Below, one piece after another: positions 51,801-64,000 of a stretch of DNA of 64,000 nucleotides. The stretch is from Bispira polyomma (taxonomy: Eukaryota), in assembly GCA_965649765.1 (NCBI GenBank), contig OZ287752.1, positions 42,160,001 to 42,224,000 on the forward strand, given 5' to 3'. The translations under genes were made by a program, and so were the position numbers. Below the pieces are notes generated by a model, which saw nothing but the letters and a program-made list of their open reading frames with translations, had not been told where the DNA came from and did not search any database. The stretch's first letter is position 1. Each line of letters opens with the position of its first letter.

Positions 51801-52341
51801 CATCAAGACCCCTGTCAAAAATATCTACCCTGGTCCCCAGAGCCCCCCAGGCACTGGAAGGGGTCGGGGCAGGGGCCGAGGCCGCCCTAGTTTGAGCAGT
51901 AGCCAGCCCATGATGCATCATGGCTCCGATGAGGACCTGGTGCTCGTTAATAGACAGAGACTAGCCATTGAGAGGCGCCGCTTAAACGTGGAGAAGTCGC
52001 GGCTCCGACTGGAAAAGCGGCGCCTGGAGATCGAGGAGGAGCGGTTCAAGTGGCAGAGGCAGGAGCGCGCCAAGCTCTACCCACCCTCGCCTCAGTATGA
52101 AGACGCCGAGGAGGAAGGTGAAGGTCAGGAACAACGGGAAGAGATTAGCGGCCCGCCCTCCGTCATCCCCCTGGATACCGTGAACCTGAAAGGGGAGATC
52201 GAAGACGTGGACGATGTGTGTATGCCTCCGCCTCCCCAGCCAACACCACAGAGCCCTATTACAGTACAGCCAGACCACACACCAAGTTCTCCACTGGCAC
52301 AAGAGGCCCCATCCTTGACACCAATAGCAGAGACTTTCTGA
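48230..52341 (+). CDS. Myb/SANT-like DNA-binding domain protein with coiled coil (MSANTD4-like, 500 aa)
   Basis: Exons 48230-48589, 49342-49473, 51331-52341 (both introns phase 0). RKPNFSEQCLELLIQLV...W..IT..IN....RTMEEVRKKWND matches the Myb_DNA-bind_5 pattern. It also has an acidic N-terminus, poly-Gly, GRGRGRGRGRP and a heptad E/R/L coiled coil (QRLAIERRRLNVEKSRLRLEKRRLEIEEER). Confidence 0.88.
48861..48888. repeat. (AT)n microsatellite
   Basis: Read directly from the sequence. Confidence 0.95.
49062..49195. repeat. Perfect 66-bp tandem duplication (2 copies)
   Basis: aacattgcaaatatactgttatgg...taagaatat starts at 49062 and again at 49128. Confidence 0.9.
50338..51141. mobile_element. 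hAT-like non-autonomous element in intron 2 of the Myb/SANT gene
   Basis: Imperfect TIR cagggttcgcgct ... agcactaaccccg, flanked by the 6-bp direct repeat agaatg. Subterminal ggacgc/gcgtcc motifs are present. Confidence 0.6.
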
Positions 52342-52599
52342 AACTGTGTCACACCATACAGTAGATGTGGTGGTGTTGTATGTGTAACACTAATACAAAA
52401 ACTGCATCCTTTGTGGACCACATTATTATCAGTCATGCTATATACATACATAAGTGTGGAGGAAATTCAAGATTAGTTTTCACGATTATGCAAGGATTTT
52501 GTTTTTGATTCCAGAGTTAAGATAACTATAATTGACATTGTCATATATATTTTTCACAATGACCTCACAATGTATAGAAATGTGTATATATGTTTTACG

Positions 52600-52602
<3 letters not shown>

Positions 52603-52647
<45 letters not shown>
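52603..52647. repeat. (AT)n microsatellite
   Basis: Read directly; lies in the presumed 3' UTR of the Myb/SANT gene. Confidence 0.95.
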
Positions 52648-52654
<7 letters not shown>

Positions 52655-55600
52655 ATAGGTTTGTGTGTTTATTAAGAGTGAAAAAATAAGATGAGACAGG
52701 TATATTTTTAAAAAGAGAAAATATTCTTAGTTTTGTTGAGCATAAATATTACTTAAAACAAAATGAAGTATATTTTACGTTTCTTGGTGTTCTAATGAAT
52801 GTTAGCTTAAAATCCAGGTTTTGTAGTCAAATTTTGGTTGGTTTTAGAAAAGCATTATTATTATTTTTCAGTGACAAGTTTTTAATTTGACATCAGAATT
52901 ACCCAAATTTGGTACATGTAGTTGTAGTTCTATTCTTGGCAATGTTCATACCATTATGTCAACAAAATTTTGGAATTTAATAGTAAAAATCTGAATTTAT
53001 TTGTCCAGAACTATTTTTACCACATTTCCAGAATGCATTTACTTTTGTATTATTCTTGTTAATTTTACCATATTGGTTTTCTTTGGTGTCTAATTTGTGT
53101 GTGTACACGTATGGTTATTGTTTTTAAAAGGGAATTTAGCAATGTCATACTGTTAAATAGTTAATTTGTCGCTTCAGATTTGATGTAAAAATATGTATTT
53201 TACTGGTAATGGGCAACCAACCCCTTTATTTATAACTACACAACTGGACATTATACACTGGTGTTTTGTGGTCCCTGTGAATACCTTTCCTGGAGACTCT
53301 GAACTGGTATACAGCTTAGGAGTGTATTTACCTCTATCTTCAGAATGATCTGTGTATGTAAAAAATATAGATATTGTATATCTGTGTCTGTTAGTGCTTA
53401 AGTTATAAATCTAGTGCCATAAGATTTACATATTAACAGAATTTAGATGACCTGTGGTTCATATCATTGTAGCTTGATGCTGATAGTGTCAGACAAAAAA
53501 TATTTCACTCCTCCTAGGCTGTCATTTGGCTTCAAATGCTAACAGAATGTTATGCTTAGCTAGCTGTAATATTGTATGTTTTTTTTTCATTGTAAGCATA
53601 TTCATTGAGAACTGAGTTAACATTTGGCTTGATGTTTGCATCAAATTGAGGAGACTCTTTTGTGGTCTCGTAATGAAGTTAAATTATGAAGTCTTTAATT
53701 TTAGATTTTTGCTTTTCCTAGAATATTAAATCCTATTTCAATATATAGTATTTCTTTTTCATAAACTAGAGCAAATGCACTTTGGCGGTACCCATTACTA
53801 TGTTTTTATGTGTTTGTCAACATGGCGGAAATAATGTAGCTTAAAAGTGTCTACTTTGTAGCAAATATTACACAAATAAGATCAAATTAAGCATTAATAG
53901 ATAGTTTATTACAATTACAAAGAAATAGTTCGAAATAGTTTAGCAAAAGATGGGGACAAAGCCCCCAAACCCCTTGTTAAAATTTTGAAGTGGCGTTAAT
54001 AACATTGTATTGGTACCAGCAAACTGCATTATAGCCTATCAGCTAATTAAGTTCTATAGTCTGGTTATGTTGAATGATATTTTGAAGGATACAGGTTTAT
54101 GTTATTATTTATTGGTAGGCGTAGTTTACCTGTAACTGTATTCTTAAAATTATCAAGCTCAATGCAAGAAATCAGAAAAATGTTTTTTTTTACAGTGAAG
54201 CTCCAATCTGCCAAGTATTGTTTGGCTCATTATCTAGTTATGACTGTTATGTCAGGTACTTTCTGTTGGTCAATGGTTTACACTTTACACTACAAATGTA
54301 TAGATTTATACGTAGTTCTGGTTTCTTGAACCAATCCTATCCAGCCATTGTAATACAACATAAGCTCTTACTAGAGAGACAAAAACAAAATAACTCAAAT
54401 CAATGTCCAAACTTTCATTAATTACCATTACTATTGCTGCACATTGTTTCCTGGTGTGTCCAGGTCTTAGATCCTAAACAAAATCCAGTGTTCTCTGAAA
54501 GATTGTGTTTAACTACCTGTTTTCTATCAAACTGTCTCTCTTGTCCAACATGATTAGCTCAGCAGGAATTGCAATTTGATTTGTCCATTCAGCCTGATTG
54601 TAAGGACTACGGTCTGTGGCCACCTGTCACTTTTTAAGTTTCAGACGTTTGCTTATTTCAGGGAAGTTTGTATGGTGCCTAAAGCAAGTGTCTGTTGCAA
54701 ACAAAGTGGTCAAATTGAAGTATTGCTGAATTGTTTACCCATTGCATAGCCAAGTAATGAGTGACTAGGTGTAATCTGTGGATCATGTGCAGTTGTAAAG
54801 CCATATTTTGTATTGGTGAAGCAAAAAGCCTTCATTTGCGTTGGATAAAGGTTCTAATTATATATTGTCAGCACTAAGAGCCGTTTGACTGGTGTGTTTG
54901 TTTTAACTGTACATAGCAGTAATCAAAACCTTGTGTTTGTGTTTATGATCTACAAATAAATCTAGATAGCCTAAAAAAAAACATGTAAATTTCTCTAAAA
55001 CCTGATTGATATTTGGACCATACAGATTAATTACTTTATCCTTTACAATAACCACTTGACGACCTTGTCCTTCAACCAGCAATTGACGGCTGTTTTTTAT
55101 TCGCCAATGCCATCTCAGGCCAACAGTCGACGGTATATATTATTATTACATAGCTCCCTCAGCACACAGGAATACAATATATGGTATATGGCTTTTAACA
55201 AAAAAATTAAATACATGTTGTAATTTGTGAGATAATAAGTAAGTAGTAGCAAGAATGTCATCTGTCTGGTGACGAAAGTAGGTCCAAAGTATTCTCCCTC
55301 AGTATGGTAGAATTACTCTCCATCTGTGGTGAAGGGCTTGATCTGTTGCAAAATAAATAACAGAAGCTTAATCTAAATCAAATAGCTTGTTGCAGCAATT
55401 TAAGATCAAAGTCAAAAGAAATCTCTAAACCATCTGATTGACAAAATGGTTTGAATAGATTTTGTACAATGCCCATCTTTAAAATTGAACCACAATGTCA
55501 TAATTAGGCCTGATCTTGTTGATTTGCACAAATTCTCTGCCTATGCAAACTCTTTCGATCAAGTCATTAAAAACAGTCCTGAAGTCTCGGATGACTGAAA

Positions 55601-55879
55601 TAATGAAAGCATAACTGGGGAATGCTATTTTGTATCAAGTTTATATTTAACAACAAGGAAAAAATTGAGGTTACAGAAGGCCATTGTACATTTCTAAATC
55701 TTGATGCATGTTTGTACCAAACTGACGACTTGCTGTCCTGAGATCTTTAAAATATAGTCTAGAAAAATTCCCATGATCACAATTTGGTCAAAACATTATT
55801 CTAATCTAATTTAGTCGAACTTTTATAATGCTTAATCTTTGTACAACAAATTCTAAGGTGCAACAAACCCAAAACATTA

Positions 55880-56040
55880 TTCGAGAATCAAACATAGTGG
55901 GCGGATGGAAGTCGTAACCAGGAAGACTACCGTAAATGGTGACGGCTAAGGTGGAAAAGCCTCTTCATAAAGGTAGGCCTTCAGCTTACTCCTGAAAGAG
56001 GAGAAAGTTTGAGCCAGGCGAACATAATCAGGTGAACTTT
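55880..56040 (-). mobile_element. L2-type LINE ORF2 C-terminal fragment
   Basis: The minus strand translates VRLAQTFSSFRSKLKAYLYEEAFPP*. Confidence 0.6.
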
Positions 56041-58219
56041 GGATTTGTGGATACGAGGGTCGAAAGTGGGAATGTTAAGGTATAATTTATCAGGAGGTAA
56101 ATTTATTTGAAGGTAAAGGACTCAAACTTAGCCAAGTATGAACTTGTGATGTTTTTCTTTAGATCAAGCATACACAGGAGTTTTAGGTGTGAAGGTTGAA
56201 GTTAGTCAAAACATGATGGCACAAAGTACTTCCCACGATAAAGCATACGCAAGAGTTTTATATACAAGGGTTGACATTTGAACTGCCACAAGATAGTCTT
56301 CGTTTTAATCTTTAAAATTTAAAATATTAGCAATTATCTTTGTTAGCCTTGAGAAAAAATTTCCACATATAAATTTTACCCTTATCAAGGTCACTAGCTC
56401 AAACCAAAAATTAAATTTACACTTGCTTTTCATTACTTTTTTTGCAGAAATATTTAGTGTAGCTTAACCAAAATATGCATACATGCTCCTGGCATTGACA
56501 GCAAGAACTTGGAAGCTCCAGCTGTGGCAGACTTTTTGTGGCAGTGAAGAATAATGTTTACCTTGAATTATGAAGATCTCAAAAAATAAGTTTGTGCTGT
56601 TTTTATATGGCCAGATGTAACCTGGAATTGTTTTAGATAAAGAAAGGAAAAATGATGGCTTGTGATTCATGTTTAAGAGATACTATTTCATACACAGCCA
56701 AGTAACTCAACATATGAACAAATTAAATATGGAATGGTCCCGTTATAAAAATTATGAATAATGTTCATTTTGTGTCGACTTTAAAGTAATCTGGCTGCAG
56801 CGATGACATTTTTGTAAGTTAGATAGGGTTTATAGCCAATATCATTCTGGAAAATATATCAAATCCAGCATATACATCCCTTGTTGGCTTTTGGTATGAG
56901 GGTTTTATGTGATGCATAGGATAGAAAACTTACACAACATATGGAAATATACAACAGGTTATTTAAAAAAAAAAAGATCTTAAATAATGTTATGGGCCTT
57001 TAGAAGTGATGTTCTAATTAAGTCATAGTACATGTGTACCTGTACTTACAGACAACTTTTTAAAACCAAACCGTTGTCAATATCAATATCTATCGGATGT
57101 GTATATCCCATCTCTTAAAAGTGCTGTTCTTATTGATGCTTTGTTTTTGTTTAAACAAAAACTGTTTTTCTAGTTTCATAAGGCTCTATCATGTGATGAA
57201 ATTTTCAACCAAATCTGAAAAAAAGAAGATTGCAATTGCGACTTTTTCAAATAGGTGTGTGGGATATACCATTAAGTTGTGTCTGTACATAACATTTAGC
57301 TAAACTGTTTGACATGTGATGATCATATTTTGTATGGGATTTTATCATCTTGATACAATGCAGGACACAAGTTTTCTAACCAAATCTGAACAACAGGATG
57401 GCCATCATGATGACTTTTTCAAAAATAGTCTGGCCATTTACAGTCGTTCAGCTAGAATCACCTAATTTATTATTGAGGTTGCTACAGCAAACTTTTTATG
57501 ACTTTGTAGTAAAAGATTGGATGTTGAGGTCACAGGTCCAAATCTTTATGATTTTCATAAAATGGTGACTGTCACAAACAAATTCAGCAATTTTGTGTCC
57601 TTATTGGGCTCCCCAGTGTAGAAAGGGTGAATACAGACCAATATTAAAATTTCAAAAATTTTAGCTGCCATCTTGAATAAAGTTTAACGATTTTCATAAA
57701 ATAGCAAATATCTATAACAATTTAAAGCCAATATTTAACTTGTTAGTGTTTTCAGGCCAATATTGACTTTTCCAAATTATTCTTTCCTGCACAAATTCTT
57801 GTATCAAATTTCCACACAATTCCTTGAGCTTCCCCAACATACCACATGTAAACTGTCGTACATGGTTATATTTAATGTATTCACATTTTATCAATTGTAA
57901 GTGCCAAGGAGAGTGAGCAGTGCTGCATTCACTATTAAAATCAATTTTATAAATTTATAGATGTGCAACTCGGTAAATTGTTGTTGCTGATAATAGATGC
58001 CAACAGCATTGGAAAAATTTGTTGTAAACACTTTCGGTAAATGTGACTGAGATGCCATAAGTACTGTGAAATATAATTTTAATGTCTACAATACTTGTGA
58101 AGCAGAAGTACACAGTCATTGAAAAATTGTGTGATGGAACTTCAAAATTTAGCCAAGTAAATCAAAAACTTTTCACATGCCTGGAATAAAGATCAACACA
58201 AACCCAACAATGTTAATGT

Positions 58220-58760
58220 TTTTACTTCTATAGCGCCACAATCGTTGACCAGGCATCCTCTGTGGCACATATTCTAGTAAGTGTGCAAGAGCTTAATCCG
58301 GTAGACGGAAAAAGGTTCCTGATAAGAGATTCAGTGGTGACCGTCGGATGCATGCTAGGGTGGGAAAGCGAGCTGATACAGATGTGTTTTGAGCCTTTTT
58401 CTGAAACCCATGATGCTTGGCTCAGTCCGAAGACTGGTAGGGTGGCTATTCCACTCAGGTGCTGCAACTAAGAATGATTTTGAATCAGCTTGTTTTTTGG
58501 TAGGAAACCAGAGGTGGAGAGACGATTGCCTCTGGTGAGATTGCTGAGAGACAGCATAGATGATAAGCAGGCAGGTTGATATACATGGATTGTCTTAAAA
58601 ATGAGGAAAATTACCTTAAATTTAATACGAAACTCAATAGGTAACCAATGTAATTGTTTCAGCAGGGGAGTAGTGCGAGGGGCAGCATGGCTTACTATTC
58701 TACACAGGTTATTTTGTATTTTCTGTCGTTTGTTTATTTGGCCCTTTCCAATTCCACATA
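58220..58760 (-). mobile_element. L2-type LINE 3' fragment (decayed)
   Basis: QKIQNNLCRIV...TTPLLKQLHWLPIEFRIKFKV...QPACLSSML, followed by a 3' tail shared with 8040-8250. Confidence 0.8.
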
Positions 58761-58899
58761 GTAGCTGTGAAAGCAACTTTAAATCTAATCGAAGTGCTGC
58801 AAGAAGATGCATATAGAGCTGATGAGGGAGAAAGCCAGTGGAATATTCATAACAAGATCTGAATCTCTAAATGGCCATATCGTTCGCTTCCATCTCATC

Positions 58900-59720
58900 G
58901 ATGAACTTCATGAACCCAGTTTGACCTTGAACCTTACCATTAAGATTATGGAGTCCTACAAAAATACCTAGCCAGTTCAATGGCATTACAAGTAATACTT
59001 TTTGAGATATTGCAATATACTGGAAATGGACCTGGATGACCCCAGTTTGACCTTAAACCCAATGTCGGAGATCAAATCTCCTCAATGCATTAGATTGTCT
59101 GACCTAAAGCCTTACAATACATTCCAAGTTGTAAACCTAATACTTCATAGGGACTTTTATAGGGCCGCAAAAGTGACTTTGAAACAATTCTGTACGAGTA
59201 AAAATATTACCAGTAAGAAAAATATACTAGAAAGTTTTGTGGCATTCCAAGTAATAGTTTTTGAGATACTGAACCTTGATGAACCAAGTTTGAACTTAAA
59301 CCAACGGTCCGAGATCAAATCTGACCAGTTCATTGGATTGCCTGACCCTGGTGTGCTACAGCCTTACAATACATTCCAAGTTCTAATCCAAATAGTTAAC
59401 AACAGGAACATGGACTCATTTGGGACCCACAAAGTGACCAGGAACATGGACTCATTTGGGACCCACAAAGTGACCTTGAAACAGATGTTTGGTTATACAA
59501 TTTATGAGTAATGTGTTGAGCACTACAATGATTTACTGGAAAGTTTGATTGCATTCCCAGTAATACTTTTGAGATATGAAACAAAAACTTCTAATTGAAC
59601 TTTTTGACCCATTTAACCTGAAACTCTAGATCGCAGGGCAAATCTGACATCAGCATTACATTGCCTGACACTGGTTTTACATAGGTTCACAATACATTCT
59701 AAGTCTCTAAACCCAAATTT
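58900..59720. repeat. Degenerate ~260-310 bp tandem units with a perfect internal 36-bp duplication (59403-59475)
   Basis: gcatt(a/c)c(a/c)agtaata.ttt(t)gagata recurs at 58984, 59242 and 59551. caatacatt and aaatct...catt..attg.ctgac also recur. Confidence 0.7.
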
Positions 59721-60270
59721 TATGAATCTGAACCAAAAATTGCCATGAACAATTTTAAATATAACTGTGCAAAGGCATATCTATGCAGCTGACCTAAAAT
59801 TGCTTATTTTATTTGAAGCTGAATTGTGTCGCTGACATATGGTCACAAATGGTCAATGTAGAGGTGAAGAAGTTTGAATATACTCAATGTCTAATGGAAG
59901 GAAACTGTATTCTATAATTAAAGCTTTTAAGCTTTCCTTTAATATCTGCATAAAACTTAACAATGTTTATATACTGAATTGCAAAAAATGTAAATATTTC
60001 CAAAAAAATACATATTAAGTTACAGAAAATTGTAATACCATATATATGTACCAGAAACTATGAAAAAAGAAATTTGTTAGGGGCTTTCCTAAGGTAATAC
60101 TTTGTTTCTTTTTGGTATATTTTGAAGTTGGTATTTTATATGCAAAACGTTACAACTGTAACACAATCAATACTCAGGTGATGTACAAAGTTTTTGTACC
60201 GAAAAACAATGTGCTAAAATAAGATGTTTTTTGTTACAGTTTTGTTACTATTGAACTAGAAAATCACAGT

Positions 60271-62286
<2,016 letters not shown>

Positions 62287-63047
62287 TTAGCAAGAGAGTT
62301 ATCTGAAAATACACAAGTGACAGAATGTGAACACTGGGGTGTACAGTGTCATGAGGCAGTTTAGTAATAGATGTATTCGTCCTTGATATGGTGTGAACCT
62401 CTATACATTCCTATCTGTATATGCTGTTATTCTTTGACACTTGCTTGTTTTACTCAGGGTTTAATACAATAAACAAGTTGGCATCTCTACCTGTACAATT
62501 TCTAAAAGAATTTTTTCTAAGACTAATGGTCCATCAAAGTTAGGCCTGGATGATAAAGCTGTCATCTTTATTACTTGCTTGCTTTGATTATATTGGCATT
62601 TAGTGTGTTGGTACTAATCAAAAAGGAGCATCTTATTTGAAGTGAAACATTTTGGGTATAACAAATTAGCATCAACTCAGATGGTCTTTTTGCACGTTGA
62701 CAGGTATACAAACCACTAACAGCATATTTTTAACCTGAAATGTTTACCCTCAATAAATTTACAAAAAAATAATTAGTTTATTCCCTCTTATTTTCATAAG
62801 ATTTCTACCGGACAGACTAACTATATAGTTCATTGTAGCCTAGTAGAAAGGTTTCCTCTTGCAAAACCTATTATTATTAGCCATAGATTTCCAGTCACTG
62901 TGTTCACTAAGATCTACACTGACATTCAAAAAATATAGGGGTAATTTGATTTTGAAGGACCACTAACTGAAGGTAACAGTTAACTGCAAAATTTTTTTTT
63001 CCAAGGGAAACTATTCCATCTGTACAAGTATTTTAAACATTACTTAC

Positions 63048-63118
63048 AAGCTTAAACCTCATCAGTTATGCGAGATTATATAAATACACCTATTCCTGAT
63101 GCAGGCCAAGTATTTATA
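63048..63118 (-). promoter_or_regulatory. Candidate actin TATA box and short non-coding first exon
   Basis: TATAAATA on the minus strand at 63118-63111, and a GTAAGT donor at 63047-63042 that could pair with the acceptor at 62303. Confidence 0.4.
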
Positions 63119-63532
63119 CCAAACTCAAGTTCAGATAGAATTCTTGGGAGTGGTTACCTCAAATAATTCCCTTCTGTCAGAACAGTGACTAAGTCTGTCA
63201 TAGATAACATTATCTCTGCAGTAAGAACACTACTATATTTATGCTATACTTACAAAAATTTGTCCAAATTTGGTAATGTTTGAATTTTTATATTTTATAA
63301 GCACCTTCTTATCTCATACATGCATACTATAAAATAGACAAGTTGTGAACATTTTTTCTATATCTAAAACTTGTGCAATTTATCTCTCTCACTCTCACAC
63401 ACACTTAAGAGAAGCAGTCCATACTTGTCACATTTAGTAAGCCCACTGCAAACAACACTTGATCTGGTCAATATTTGTCCCTATGTTCAGCATTGATGAT
63501 GATATCACCTCAACGGATTTCGCGTTCATTGG

Positions 63533-63609
63533 CCAAATATGGTATACAGCAATTGCTCTCCCAACAGCCCACTATCTAACAACGAGATCACGTGATGCCC
63601 CTTATATGG
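63533..63609. promoter_or_regulatory. Two CArG boxes plus an E-box upstream of actin
   Basis: CCAAATATGG (63533-63542), CACGTG (63589-63594) and CCTTATATGG (63600-63609). CC(A/T)6GG is the SRF site typical of actin genes. Confidence 0.65.
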
Positions 63610-64000
63610 TCATCACCGAACTCGTCCAGCTATCTTCCTGTCCATGCAGACATATTTACTTTGTATCGAGTCTTCAAAAATCTGACATTTGGGGGGCTAG
63701 AGTCCAGTCAAGTAACAACGACTACAGACGTATATGTTGCTGTAGTGTACCTAGATCTATAAACATATTGATTGTGATAAGCTCCATTTTCACCTGGTAT
63801 AAAAATTATCTCTGTTCGCAAAATTTTCGGCTTTTCACCCATCTATGTTTTGTAGATTTTTAAATTATAATGTAAATTTTCTTGATATAACGTGTACAGT
63901 CAAGCCTATAGAAAATGACCACCTTTCAACAAGGACCACTTAATTAAGTCTTCTTCTTTTTTGTCTTAAATTTGCACCTTAATTTCAGTTTAATTTATCT

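Noticed and set aside
58818-58835. CTGATGA...GAAA hammerhead-like core
   Set aside because: Only 4 nt separate the boxes, and no stems I-III can be formed.
59002-59511. 169-aa ORF
   Set aside because: It lies within a degenerate tandem repeat, has no recognisable domain and starts at TTG.
63459-63863. 134-aa ORF
   Set aside because: It has no ATG start and no recognisable homology, and it overlaps the probable actin regulatory region.

Overview
AT-rich animal genomic DNA with spliceosomal introns. The SINE types and actin sequence suggest a lophotrochozoan (annelid or mollusc), which is an inference. I reconstructed five multi-exon genes by hand, all with GT-AG junctions and consistent phases. 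Gene A (7031-14510, +, 541 aa) has a signal peptide, two copies of a ~135-150 aa domain I cannot name (Q-[IL]-W core), a Thr-rich stalk, 26 uninterrupted Gly-X-Y triplets, a CxC motif, one TM helix and a ~10 aa tail. Gene B (24582-31875, +, 763 aa) is its tandem paralog, with three copies of the same domain, an acidic stalk, a related TM helix and a long Tyr-containing cytoplasmic tail. The other genes are a glyoxylate/hydroxypyruvate reductase-like dehydrogenase (36797-43931, +), a Myb/SANT-like coiled-coil protein resembling MSANTD4 (48230-52341, +) and a 376-aa actin (62259-60271, -) with upstream CArG boxes. Introns and intergenic DNA contain PIF/Harbinger-, pogo- and hAT-like MITEs (some nested), tRNA-derived SINEs, L2 LINE 3' fragments and several tandem repeats. 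The best candidate for an undescribed system is the gene A/gene B pair of cell-surface proteins built from the unnamed phase 1-1 module.
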